Below, piece by piece: positions 19,265 through 28,779 of a stretch of DNA of 64,000 nucleotides. The DNA is taken from positions 27,127 to 91,126 of the forward strand of contig DAOSBX010000005.1 of the NCBI GenBank assembly GCA_035361075.1, given 5' to 3'. The translations under genes and the position numbers were made by a program. The DNA is from Candidatus Hydrogenedens sp. (GTDB lineage Bacteria; Hydrogenedentota; Hydrogenedentia; Hydrogenedentales; Hydrogenedentaceae). Under the pieces are notes generated by a model. The model saw only the letters and a list, made by a program, of their open reading frames with translations, was not told where the DNA came from and searched no databases. How positions within the stretch are numbered: the stretch's first letter is position 1; each line of letters opens with the position of its first letter.

Positions 19265-20908
19265 ATGCTTGATTTCTTGAAAGAAAAGGATGTCCGTTCC
19301 CGTTTTTTGTTATCTCCTGTACGTATTGTATGGAAAAGTGATTCTGTTCAGGAACTTGATTTAAATGGGTTATTTTCGCAACCACAAAAGCCTTTTTCGA
19401 TAAAGTATGATAAGGACATACCACCTTCTTTTGTTCTCGATTTTGGGAGGGAAATTCATGGAGGAATTCAGTTAAGTCAAGGGATGGTAAAAGATAAAAC
19501 TCCTTTACCGCTCCGAATAACTTTTGGGGAATCTGTGGCTGAGGCAATGGGAGAACCTGACCAAGACCATGCCATTCATGATACAACAGTTTTTTTACCG
19601 TGGTATGGAAGTAATGAAGTGGGAACTACGGGATTTCGGTTTGTAAAAATAGAAATGCTTAAACCCGGAACTGAATGGTTGTGCACGGGAATAAAAGCGG
19701 TGGTTCTCATTCAAGACCTTGAATATTTGGGAAGTTTTAATTCTGATGATGAATTTTTGAATAAGATTTGGAAAACAGGAGCGTATACAGTACATTTGTG
19801 TCTACAAGATTATTTGTGGGATGGAATTAAACGAGACCGACTTGTTTGGATAGGGGATATGCATGTAGAAACTGTTGTTTTGAGTTACTTATTCGGTTAT
19901 AACGCAACAATAGAAAAAAGTTTAGATTATGTTCGTGATAATACACCATTACCGGGATGGATGAACGGAATTAGTTCTTATTCCTTATGGTGGCTTATTA
20001 TCCAAGATTATTGGTATTTTATGCTTGAGCGAAAAGATTACCTAAAGCAACAAAAGGAATACATCAAAGGTTTGGTTAGACAACTTATTCAGTGCGTTGA
20101 ACAAAATGGGAAAGAGGTATTACCGGAGACTCGTTTTTTAGATTGGAGCACTGCTGGGAATAAAGATGCTATTCATTCTGGTCTTCAATCTCTTTTATTT
20201 TGGGCTTTATGTTGTGCAGAGAGATTACTAATTATCTTGGATGAAACAGAATTAGCTAACCAATGTAAACATGTTGGAGAGGTAATGAAAAAATATCGTC
20301 CTCCTGAACATCAGGTCAAACAATCGCGTGCATTAGGTGTCATAGCAGGTTTAGAGAATCCTGTAATAGTCAATGAGGAATGCTTTAAGAAAAATCCATT
20401 GGAAGGACTGTCTACTTTTTACGGTTTTTATGTATTGCAGGCAAAAGCAATAGCAGGTGATTTGTCAGGGGCTTTAGATTTGATTTGCAATTATTGGGGT
20501 CCGATGTTAAAAATGGGTGCTACAACATTTTGGGAGCATTTCGATGTGCGATGGTTGGAAAATTCGGTACCAATTGATGAAGTTGTCCCTAAAGGGGCAA
20601 AAAGTATCCATAGAGATTTTGGGGAACACTGTTATGTCGGTTTAAGACATAGTCTCTGTCACGGTTGGGCTTCCGGTCCGACGGCATGGTTAATGCAATA
20701 TGTCCTTGGTTTACAACCTTCTGCCCCATCATGGAAAAAAGTTAGAATTAGTCCTTATTTGGGGGATAGATTGACATTTGCAGAAGGGAGTGTGTCAACT
20801 CCATTTGGGATTATTTCTGTACGTCATGAAAAGCAGAAGAATGGAGAAATAAAATCTCAGTTCAAGGCACCGAAGGAAGTAGAAGTTATCCTTGTTGGAA
20901 AAAAATAA
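19265..20908 (+). CDS. Six-hairpin glycoside hydrolase, alpha-L-rhamnosidase (GH78)-like
   Basis: Motif WDGIKRDRLVWIGDMHVETVV resembles the GH78 catalytic-domain D-x-x-RDERLGWTGD block. Size and the rest are consistent with an (alpha/alpha)6 barrel. No N-terminal accessory domains. Confidence 0.45.
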   Translation: MLDFLKEKDVRSRFLLSPVRIVWKSDSVQELDLNGLFSQPQKPFSIKYDKDIPPSFVLDFGREIHGGIQLSQGMVKDKTPLPLRITFGESVAEAMGEPDQDHAIHDTTVFLPWYGSNEVGTTGFRFVKIEMLKPGTEWLCTGIKAVVLIQDLEYLGSFNSDDEFLNKIWKTGAYTVHLCLQDYLWDGIKRDRLVWIGDMHVETVVLSYLFGYNATIEKSLDYVRDNTPLPGWMNGISSYSLWWLIIQDYWYFMLERKDYLKQQKEYIKGLVRQLIQCVEQNGKEVLPETRFLDWSTAGNKDAIHSGLQSLLFWALCCAERLLIILDETELANQCKHVGEVMKKYRPPEHQVKQSRALGVIAGLENPVIVNEECFKKNPLEGLSTFYGFYVLQAKAIAGDLSGALDLICNYWGPMLKMGATTFWEHFDVRWLENSVPIDEVVPKGAKSIHRDFGEHCYVGLRHSLCHGWASGPTAWLMQYVLGLQPSAPSWKKVRISPYLGDRLTFAEGSVSTPFGIISVRHEKQKNGEIKSQFKAPKEVEVILVGKK

Positions 20909-20928
20909 GTAATGGAAAAGGATGTTAG

Positions 20929-21738
20929 ATGTTTCAAGATGTTATGAATGCAGGAATATTGGCAATTATTGAGGGTATAACAGAGTTCCTTCCTATTAGT
21001 AGTACAGGGCACTTGATAATTGCGGAACACTGGTTTTCATTACAGGGAGACAAAACTTTTCAAGATACTTTCCTTGTTGTTATTCAGTTTCCTGCTATTT
21101 TGGCTGTTTTACTATATTTTTACAAAACGTTATTACCCCCAGTTAGAGATGTTGAAAAGGTAAAAGAATGGGTTTTTTTATGGGTAAAAATTTGTGTAGC
21201 ATTTATACCTGCGGGTGTTTTAGGGTTCTTTTTTGATGATTTTATTGATTTTTATCTATTTAATCCACTTACAGTTACTATCTCTTTAATTGTTGGTGGG
21301 ATTGTTTTAATATGGATAGAACGACTCCAAATAGGCAAAAAGGATTTATCTTCGATTGCTGAGGTATCAATATATTTTTGTATTGCGGTAGGTATATTTC
21401 AATGTATAGCAATGATTCCAGGTGTCTCACGTTCTGCAGCAACAATTATTGGAGCTATGCTTTTAGGTGTTACCCGTAGCGTAGCGGTAGAATTTTCTTT
21501 TTATTTGGCAATTCCAACCTTAGCGGGTGCAAGTGGATTGAAATTGTTAAAACACGGTTTCAGCTTCTCTTCAGAAGAATGGCTTTTACTTTTAATCGGT
21601 TCAATTATTTCTTTTATAGTTGCTTACCTTGTTATCGCTTTGTTTTTAAGATATGTAAAATCACATGATTTTAAAGTTTTTGGTATTTATCGTATTGCTC
21701 TTGGTGTATTAGTCATAATCTTGTTGTATTTGTTATAA
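20929..21738 (+). CDS. uppP: Undecaprenyl-diphosphatase
   Basis: GILAIIEGITEFLPISSTGHLII...GVSRSAATIIGAMLLG are canonical BacA/UppP motifs. 8 transmembrane helices. Confidence 0.85.
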   Translation: MFQDVMNAGILAIIEGITEFLPISSTGHLIIAEHWFSLQGDKTFQDTFLVVIQFPAILAVLLYFYKTLLPPVRDVEKVKEWVFLWVKICVAFIPAGVLGFFFDDFIDFYLFNPLTVTISLIVGGIVLIWIERLQIGKKDLSSIAEVSIYFCIAVGIFQCIAMIPGVSRSAATIIGAMLLGVTRSVAVEFSFYLAIPTLAGASGLKLLKHGFSFSSEEWLLLLIGSIISFIVAYLVIALFLRYVKSHDFKVFGIYRIALGVLVIILLYLL

Positions 21739-21770
21739 AAAACACCCTTTTTCGTATTCGGAAAGGGTGT
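21736..21770 (-). terminator. Candidate rho-independent terminator (9-bp GC-rich stem), functional mainly for the minus-strand gene
   Basis: Stem ACACCCTTT...AAAGGGTGT (21742-21770) with an A6 run on the plus side, which is a T-tract on the minus strand. It sits between the uppP stop and the stop of the 621-aa minus-strand gene. Confidence 0.45.
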
Positions 21771-21792
21771 TAAAAGTGTCGAACCGAAGTTT

Positions 21793-23658
21793 TTACTGAA
21801 TGGAACTATACAATTTTTGGATTGTTGATTTGGGTTCGCCAGACATTTGTTTTTCTGCGAGTTTTACTACGACTTGTTCGAAATTAGGAGGTCTTGCTGA
21901 TATAATTTCCTGCTCAATTTGTGTGGCTACATTTGGTGGTAATCCTTCCTGAAAGCCCCAAACAGGAGTAATCGAGTTTGGCTTTATATTCTGGAATACG
22001 CCGATATTCTTCCCATCTAAAGTTCGATAATATACACCCCAAGAACCCTTCATTAAACATTCAGCCCATTTGTTGGTGGGTGTTCCTAATGAGTCTTTAA
22101 CGTTAATTTTCGCATAGAAATATTCTTGCTTTTTCGCAAGTTCAATCTCGTTCTGATATAAGTTTGTAAATTCCTGCTGAAGTTCAGGGCTGACCCAATT
22201 TGCAGATTCTGCTTTCTGCCGTAAAGATTCTGCACGAGCAAGACGTTCATGAAGAGCATACTTTTCCGGAGTTAGAGGGAGTGATTCTTTTATTTGGATA
22301 ATCAATTTGTCAAGATTTACTAAAAACGCCTCTTTAATAGCGAGACTTCGGGCATTAGCTTCTTCGAGTTGTCCAACCTGATTTGTGAGCCGTTCTATTT
22401 CCGCTAAAAGTCCATTTTGGCGTGCCTTTATAATTTCTGTTTCGTTTAGAAGGTTTTCATACGCTTCTTGTGCGGACACAAATTGTTCGTTCTTTGCGGC
22501 AATGTCTGCTTCGACAGCTTGCAATGTGGATTGCTTTTCGTTAAGTTGTGCAGTGAGTGTCTCTAATTCCTGCTGTTTGTTTTTTAATTGAGTTGAAACT
22601 GCTTCTAATTCATCTTGAAGGCGTTTTACTTCTTCAGGGCTTAGAGATACTCCGGGAACATTACCCTGAATTCTCCGCAATTGTTGTAATTCTGATTCTG
22701 TTTGTTTTAATTGGTCTTGTAACTGGGTAATTTTTGCATTGGCTGGATTTGGGAGAGGAAGATAGTTTGTAAGGTATGGACCTGCGACAATACCAATAAT
22801 AAGTGCAACAATAGCCAGAATAGGTGCTAATGGAACACGAAGTTTCTTTTTCCCAGGTTTGGTTGGAGCCTCTCCTTCAATAGGTGCCTGGGTTGAAGTC
22901 GTAGGTGCAATTGGTGGAGTAACTCCGGGTCCCGTTCCACCTGTGAATTCAGGAATTGGTGTCTCCAATCCTACTCCCATTGGAGCCCCGAAAATGTCGG
23001 TTCCTAATCCAGCTCCAGATCCACCGCCGGCAGGTGCTCCCATTCCAAAGCCGGAGTCAACAGGACCGAAATCTGGTGATGGTGATTGTGGTCCACCAAA
23101 GATTGGTGTTTCCATGATCTGGGTAGGTGCAGAAGTAATCGTGTCTGAAGGGGTTCCTGATTTTAGGTCGAATGCACCACCTTTACTTCCACCGCCAAAA
23201 GCACTGTCAGTGAGAGGTGTCTCAAGTCCTGATTCAAGGCTCATAGGTCCGGGACCTATTTCAGGTGTTTCTGGTGAGAAGTCACTATCTGCAGCAAGGT
23301 CCTGAAAACTGGGTTTTTTGGGGGTAGATTTAGATGGCGGTTGTAGCCCGCTACTGTCAGAAGCACTTTGTAAATCAAACTCTGAAATAGGGCTTTTAAT
23401 GTTACCTCCTGTGGGTTCCGGTACAATAATATCTATATCACTTATAGGAGGTAACCCCCCTTCGAAATCTTCCTCTTTAGATTTTTTTATTGCATCCGAG
23501 TCAAATGAAGATAGAGGAGGAAGCTGACTATCTAAATCGCCTACTTCCCCTGTATCAAAATCACTTAACGGAGGTAAATTTCCCAGTCCAGAGTCACCAC
23601 TTGGAAATTCTTCCTTCTTCTTCTTTTCTTCTTCAGGATTGAAAGGTTTCTCAGGCAT
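21793..23658 (-). CDS. Hypothetical single-pass membrane protein: acidic disordered N-terminus with LPP[LI]S[DS][FI]D repeats, transmembrane helix, long coiled coil, C-terminal globular domain
   Basis: Repeats GNLPPLSDFD, QLPPLSSFD, GLPPISDID. Gly/Pro/Ser-rich disordered region. Transmembrane helix LAPILAIVALIIGIVAGPYL. About 200 aa of heptad-rich coiled coil (QLQDQLKQTESELQQLRR...). About 130 aa C-terminal domain (WGVYYRTLDGKNIGVFQNIKP...). Confidence 0.6.
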   Translation of the reverse strand: MPEKPFNPEEEKKKKEEFPSGDSGLGNLPPLSDFDTGEVGDLDSQLPPLSSFDSDAIKKSKEEDFEGGLPPISDIDIIVPEPTGGNIKSPISEFDLQSASDSSGLQPPSKSTPKKPSFQDLAADSDFSPETPEIGPGPMSLESGLETPLTDSAFGGGSKGGAFDLKSGTPSDTITSAPTQIMETPIFGGPQSPSPDFGPVDSGFGMGAPAGGGSGAGLGTDIFGAPMGVGLETPIPEFTGGTGPGVTPPIAPTTSTQAPIEGEAPTKPGKKKLRVPLAPILAIVALIIGIVAGPYLTNYLPLPNPANAKITQLQDQLKQTESELQQLRRIQGNVPGVSLSPEEVKRLQDELEAVSTQLKNKQQELETLTAQLNEKQSTLQAVEADIAAKNEQFVSAQEAYENLLNETEIIKARQNGLLAEIERLTNQVGQLEEANARSLAIKEAFLVNLDKLIIQIKESLPLTPEKYALHERLARAESLRQKAESANWVSPELQQEFTNLYQNEIELAKKQEYFYAKINVKDSLGTPTNKWAECLMKGSWGVYYRTLDGKNIGVFQNIKPNSITPVWGFQEGLPPNVATQIEQEIISARPPNFEQVVVKLAEKQMSGEPKSTIQKLYSSIQ

Positions 23659-23840
23659 TTTTCATCTCCATAGTTATATAGTTATTTACATTATATGTTT
23701 CTATTTTATTCTATTTTTAAATTCTATCATTTTTTTCATGCTTTGTCAAGAAAAATGTCAAGAATTATTATATAGAATACTCTTCTTATGTCGCCAAATC
23801 CAAACTGGATATAAAATAATATATATTATATTTTATTATT

Positions 23841-24257
23841 TTATGGTTTTACCACACCAATTGTTAATAAAATGTTTGCGTATAACCTCTGGTCGCCAGT
23901 AACAATTTGTAAGCATGTTTCAGAAGAAGAGGCGTAGTCATAAAAATCAAACCGATTTAGTTTAATTAGGTTTATATGAGGTAATAGTTTTCGGAAATCT
24001 TTAAAAATTTCAGGTTCTTCTCCGGAATCGGGACACATAACAAAAGCCTCTTCAATTTCCACAGCTGTTAATATTGCTTCAAGTACATCAGTAACTTTTA
24101 CCATACCGGGAAGAAGATTTAAATAGACTGTTTCCGCACTTACTCCTTCTTTAGTGCTTGCAGGATAATTACCATCCGTAATTAAAATTTTAGAGCCGTG
24201 TCCAGCAGAAGCTAACGCATATAGTATTTCAGGATGTAAAAGTCTTTGTTTTAACAT
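23841..24257 (-). CDS. RbsD/FucU family sugar mutarotase (fucose mutarotase / ribose pyranase-like)
   Basis: LLHPEILYALASAGHGSKILITDGNYPAST parallels the FucU HGDEIVIADANFPA block. C-terminal YANILLTIGVV matches the RbsD end. Confidence 0.55.
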   Translation of the reverse strand: MLKQRLLHPEILYALASAGHGSKILITDGNYPASTKEGVSAETVYLNLLPGMVKVTDVLEAILTAVEIEEAFVMCPDSGEEPEIFKDFRKLLPHINLIKLNRFDFYDYASSSETCLQIVTGDQRLYANILLTIGVVKP

Positions 24258-24290
24258 AGTATTACCCTTTATTTTATTACATTATTTTAT

Positions 24291-26123
24291 TTAAAGAGGT
24301 GTGTTTTCAACAGCGAGATAAGATGGGACATTCATTTCGTTACCTAATAATATGGTTCGAACTGAGGTTGATAATTTTTCATCTATATTTTGAATTTTTG
24401 AGGATATAATTTGATACGTTTTAATATCCCCGAGTGCCAAAGATGATTGTGCAATGAACCAAAGGGCTTCTATTCCATAAGGAGCGAATTCTTTCTGTTT
24501 GATGAGAAAACTAACGGGGGTTAATGTGTCTATTGCGTCTGAAAATTTTCCAGTATGAAATAGAGTCTTACCTAATGAAAGCCATGTTTCAATTTCATCT
24601 TCATTCATAAAGGATATTTGTTTATCTGTGATTCCAGCAAACTTTTTTATTCGTTCGTATATTTTGGTTAATTCTTGATATTCTCTTTTTGCACCAGGAT
24701 AGTTTTTCAAAATTTCTTCGTAAGTTACAGCAAGATTATATCGGACACGTGTTGTATTTGGATTGTAAGATAAAGTGCTTCTAAAGATAGTTTCATTATC
24801 TTTCCATTCCTCATTGCGTAGGTAGGTTAAGTAAAAGAAAGCTACAGTGATGATTAACAATACTACATTAATTATTGGTAATAAATAATAATTATAGTTA
24901 TTTATTTTAGGTAATTTTTTAGAAGTTACTACATAATAGATAAGTTCAAAAAAGCACCACCAGAAACCAATCATTGGAGTATACATCCAATGTTCTGCTT
25001 GTGGTGCGTTTAATGTAAAAAATCCAGAAATAGGAAACCAAGTAATTAGAAACCAAAGAGCAGATATAAGAAGGCGATACGATTTATTTTTTAACGACCA
25101 GAAACAAAGGAACATAATGAAGATTAAGAAAATGTATCCGAGTAACATGGTCCAGATAGGTGTATTTTCAAGGGTTTGTTCCATGTGTAAATGAATAGGA
25201 AAAAATAAAACGCGTATATAAAAAGCAAAGGATTGTCCCACTTCAATTATTTTTTCTCCCCATGTTTTAGGAATATATGCACTTTTTTCTGCAAAACTGA
25301 GAACTGTTAACCGAAGGGAGATATATATAACCGCTACAATAATTGTAAGTAAAAGAGGTAACCATTTCAGGACTTTATTGTGTGATACTACTTCTGATGA
25401 AATTTCTTTTTTGGAAAGATACCACAAAATTAATAATAACAAGAAGGGGAAAATATTACTGGATTCTTTGCTTAACAACCCTGCCCAAAAAGATATTGGG
25501 CATATTAATAAAAAGAAATACTTTTTTAAGGAGACATCTGTTTCCACATATTTTATTGCTGTAATTAAACCCAGTAACATGAAGGTAGCGGACATCATGT
25601 CTGCTCGTCCACTTATATATGTTACTGCTTCTGTCGGTATTGGATGAACACAAAAAATAGCACTTGTCCAAAAGCACGTGAATAAGGGGACGCTTAATTT
25701 GCTCAATAAAATAAAAATTAGTATACCAGTAATACCATGCCATAACGTGTTTGTAATATGAAAGATAAGTGGTGATATCTTTGGAATTTGAGAGGGTTCC
25801 ATTTTGTCTTCTATTTTTGTAGACAATAGATAGTCGACCATAAACGATACGGAAACTAAGGGGCGATAGAAGTTTCCCTGGCCTCTTCCAAAGGCATGCT
25901 GGTCTTCTAAAAATAATTGAAAGAAATACTTTGGATTTTGAACATGTTTGTGGATTAGTACTGACGAGACATCATCCCAAACCCAATCGTTATCAAATGT
26001 GTTTATATATGTAATAAATGTTATACAGAGTAGTATAAAGCAAAAAAATAATTTTTGAGAACGAAGGTTTTCTTGGGTAGGTTGATTAATGTCAGAAGAA
26101 GATTTTATAAGAAAATCATCCAT
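24291..26123 (-). CDS. GT-C fold membrane glycosyltransferase, TMTC/PMT-like (DUF1736) with C-terminal TPR-like region
   Basis: At least 10 transmembrane helices. N-terminal YINTFDNDWVWDDVSSVLIHKHVQNP matches the Y-x-N-x-F-x-x-DD...I motif of bacterial TMTC-like O-mannosyltransferases. Soluble C-terminal helical repeats. Confidence 0.45.
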   Translation of the reverse strand: MDDFLIKSSSDINQPTQENLRSQKLFFCFILLCITFITYINTFDNDWVWDDVSSVLIHKHVQNPKYFFQLFLEDQHAFGRGQGNFYRPLVSVSFMVDYLLSTKIEDKMEPSQIPKISPLIFHITNTLWHGITGILIFILLSKLSVPLFTCFWTSAIFCVHPIPTEAVTYISGRADMMSATFMLLGLITAIKYVETDVSLKKYFFLLICPISFWAGLLSKESSNIFPFLLLLILWYLSKKEISSEVVSHNKVLKWLPLLLTIIVAVIYISLRLTVLSFAEKSAYIPKTWGEKIIEVGQSFAFYIRVLFFPIHLHMEQTLENTPIWTMLLGYIFLIFIMFLCFWSLKNKSYRLLISALWFLITWFPISGFFTLNAPQAEHWMYTPMIGFWWCFFELIYYVVTSKKLPKINNYNYYLLPIINVVLLIITVAFFYLTYLRNEEWKDNETIFRSTLSYNPNTTRVRYNLAVTYEEILKNYPGAKREYQELTKIYERIKKFAGITDKQISFMNEDEIETWLSLGKTLFHTGKFSDAIDTLTPVSFLIKQKEFAPYGIEALWFIAQSSLALGDIKTYQIISSKIQNIDEKLSTSVRTILLGNEMNVPSYLAVENTPL

Positions 26124-26140
26124 TTATAAAATTTGTTTAA

Positions 26141-26869
26141 TTAGCCTTTAGTTTTCGGTCCTGGGACAATCCATGTATCATTTGCTGGAATGTAAAGAAT
26201 TTCAACAGACTGTTGGTCTCCGATAACTCGCACTATTTTTAAAACAGCAGGTTTTTTCTCTTTTGTATTCGGGTCTATCAGTTCATAAAATTCTTCACCT
26301 TCACGAACCTTAAACGTCTCGGTCTTGTTAGTGGCAGTGTCTGTTACACTTAAGAAAACGTATAAGTCGTTATCTGCTTGAAGGAAGCCATTAACCTCAA
26401 CTTTAGGGCGAGACAACATAAGTTGTGCTCTTTCTAAAAGTCGTGCATATTTGCCATCCGGTGCAGTTGCTCCCGGTCTAAGGACGTCAAAGATGTTGAT
26501 GCCTAAAACCACTAATCCCCATCTTCCATTATCTCTTGCCTTTCGGATAGAATCTTCTATTTCCGGGACTATCCGACTTATCGCTATCTTGCCATTCTCA
26601 ATAGCTGAGTACTTTGCCTTTACCCCACGGAGGTTGTTTGTAATAGTATCCTGTTGTGCTTTAGGGATTCCTGTATTGTTGGAAACAGCGTCGAAAAATT
26701 GTTGGATAGAAGAACGCATTTCAGAGTATATTTGTTCTGGACTTGGAGGTGGCGGTTCTTGGGGTGGTGGAGGAGGTGGTTCTGGTTTTTTGCAACCATT
26801 CATCATGGGTAAAAATATACATAATAATAAGATAAAAGAAGAAATAATAAAAAAATTTTTTCTGTTCAT
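26141..26869 (-). CDS. Hypothetical lipoprotein with proline-rich N-terminal linker
   Basis: Signal peptide plus lipobox (LPMMNGC). PEPPPPPPQEPPPPSPEQ tract. About 180 aa globular remainder with no recognised motif. Confidence 0.45.
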   Translation of the reverse strand: MNRKNFFIISSFILLLCIFLPMMNGCKKPEPPPPPPQEPPPPSPEQIYSEMRSSIQQFFDAVSNNTGIPKAQQDTITNNLRGVKAKYSAIENGKIAISRIVPEIEDSIRKARDNGRWGLVVLGINIFDVLRPGATAPDGKYARLLERAQLMLSRPKVEVNGFLQADNDLYVFLSVTDTATNKTETFKVREGEEFYELIDPNTKEKKPAVLKIVRVIGDQQSVEILYIPANDTWIVPGPKTKG

Positions 26870-27082
26870 ATAAACAATCCCATCTTAAAATAATTTAGTG
26901 TATCTCTAAGTTAATAAATATTAACACATACATAAGCAATTTCACAAGATAAATGGTATATGCAATAAAAGAAATAGTTGCATTATATATAAAAAGACAT
27001 TAAAATGATTTAATTGTGTATAATAGTATAAAATTTTATTTGATTTTAATAAATTCGAAATCTTCAAAAAGAAAGGAAAAAA

Positions 27083-28015
27083 ATGAGGATTTTAGTTGTT
27101 GATGATGATGTAGATTTAGCTGAGCTAATCAAAACGAAGTTGATTAGTGAAGGACATCAGGTCGGGGTTGTGCATACGGGTGAGGGTGCTTTTGAGAAGG
27201 CTAAAGAATTCAAGCCAGATATTGTGTTGCTTGATATTATGTTACCAGGGGTTACAGGGTATCAGATATGTAGAAGAATTCGCAAGGACCCAGAGCTATA
27301 TAAGACTGCAATTATTATATTGACAGCGTTGGGTGAAGAACCTGAAATGTTACATGGTTTAGAGCAAGGAGCAGATGATTATCTTGTGAAACCATTTAAA
27401 TTGGAGCGATTGATGGATAAGATTTCATCTTTGGGGGTCTTGTTGGCTTCAATTAACGCACGCAACCAGGTTACAAATTTTCCAGGAACGGATGCTATTA
27501 AACGTGAAATTAATCATAAACTGGCGAGAGGAGAGCAGATTGCAGTTGTTTATATAAACCTTGTCGGATTTAAGCCTTATTGTGTTTCTCATGGTCCTGA
27601 TGGTCAGAAGAAGGCATTGATTTTCCTTGCGAACTTACTGGTAGACTTAAAAAAGAGTTTAGGACTGTATGAATGTTTTATGGCACATATGGGTGGAGAA
27701 CACTTCGTCGTTTTACTTAATGCTTCTGATTATGAAAAGTTCTGTGAAGCACTTGTAACGAATTTTGACCAGAAAAAAAGTCAATTGTATACGCCTCAGG
27801 AATATTCGCAGGGATATATTTATGCAGTTGATAGAAATGGTGCAGAGGTTAGGTGTCCACTTATGGCTCTTTCTGTAGGAGTGGTTCATAATTTAAATCG
27901 TCCATTTAAAAATGCAAAGAAAATGTTTGAAGTACTTGCTCAAGTTCGTCAGAAAGCACAACCTATCCAAGGAAAAAGTGTTTATTTTGTTGACCGACGC
28001 CATATTGACCGATAG
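27083..28015 (+). CDS. Response regulator: receiver domain fused to a degenerate GGDEF-like domain (GGEHF)
   Basis: REC: MRILVVDDDVDL...DIVLLDIMLPGVTG...DDYLVKPF. C-terminal domain has GGDEF architecture, but the signature reads HMGGEHFVVLL and the metal-binding D-I-D is YINL. Confidence 0.6.
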   Translation: MRILVVDDDVDLAELIKTKLISEGHQVGVVHTGEGAFEKAKEFKPDIVLLDIMLPGVTGYQICRRIRKDPELYKTAIIILTALGEEPEMLHGLEQGADDYLVKPFKLERLMDKISSLGVLLASINARNQVTNFPGTDAIKREINHKLARGEQIAVVYINLVGFKPYCVSHGPDGQKKALIFLANLLVDLKKSLGLYECFMAHMGGEHFVVLLNASDYEKFCEALVTNFDQKKSQLYTPQEYSQGYIYAVDRNGAEVRCPLMALSVGVVHNLNRPFKNAKKMFEVLAQVRQKAQPIQGKSVYFVDRRHIDR

Positions 28016-28049
28016 AACAAATATAACGCCTGATAAATAAGGAAGAGAT

Positions 28050-28655
28050 ATGATAGAAGTCAGGGAAATCAAGGGGGAAGAGGTGCAGAAAGCAGTAGAC
28101 ACATTAGTTCAAGCCTTTTTCGATGACCCGCTTGTGTGTTATATGTTTCCAGAAAGTAATTTTCGCCGGATGTTTATTTCTTGGGTATATGAGCGATGGA
28201 TTCGGCTCCTTATGAAATTTAATACTGTTTTTGTTGATGAAGAGGTAAGAGGGGTTGCGGTGTGTGTTCCACCAAGATTATTTCCACATATACCTCTTCA
28301 GTATCAAATAAAGGCTGGATTATTAGGTGTTATTCCAAGGTTAGGTATCCGCAATTTTTGGAAGCCATTTCGTGTTTATTTAGACAGTCAAAAACGAACA
28401 AGGAGTGAAGTGACAAAACCGTCATGGATTTTAGATATATTAGGTGTTCAACCTGAGTATCAGGGAAAAGGTGTCGGTAGTGCATTAGTTCAACATCTTA
28501 TTAATTGTGCTAAACATGATAACGTGCCTGTATATGTGATAACGCATAAAGAACAGAATATAAAATTTTATGAGAAAAATGGTTTTAATCTTATAAAGAA
28601 AGAATTTTCTTTGCCTGGTGGCCCTCCTACATGTTCTCTTATTTGTTATCCCTAA
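28050..28655 (+). CDS. GNAT family N-acetyltransferase
   Basis: ILDILGVQPEYQGKGVGSALVQHLI...KFYEKNGF matches the acetyl-CoA binding motif A/B. Confidence 0.65.
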   Translation: MIEVREIKGEEVQKAVDTLVQAFFDDPLVCYMFPESNFRRMFISWVYERWIRLLMKFNTVFVDEEVRGVAVCVPPRLFPHIPLQYQIKAGLLGVIPRLGIRNFWKPFRVYLDSQKRTRSEVTKPSWILDILGVQPEYQGKGVGSALVQHLINCAKHDNVPVYVITHKEQNIKFYEKNGFNLIKKEFSLPGGPPTCSLICYP

Positions 28656-28779
28656 GTTAGTTTTATTCCCTCTCTATTTTTATTATTTAACCCTTTTTAT
28701 CTGGCTCTCGTTATATTTATAATATAGATTGACTTCTTTGCCGTTTCCTAAGAAGTAGGCCGTGAATATTCAATAAAGG

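Noticed and set aside
22859-23305. 148-aa + strand ORF rich in Gly/Pro/Ser inside the 621-aa minus-strand gene
   Set aside because: It is an antisense reading of the low-complexity Pro/Gly-coding region of the real gene, where stop-poor frames are expected by composition. No RBS or independent support.
23659-23840. Direct repeat TGTCAAGAA x2 in the AT-rich gap upstream of the 621-aa gene
   Set aside because: Too short to call a regulatory site with confidence. Noted only as a possible operator. No mobile-element or CRISPR features.
25378-25743. Cluster of short ORFs on both strands inside the TMTC-like gene
   Set aside because: They lie in an AT-rich membrane-protein coding region where alternative frames stay open by chance. 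The 610-aa frame has coherent transmembrane/TPR architecture.
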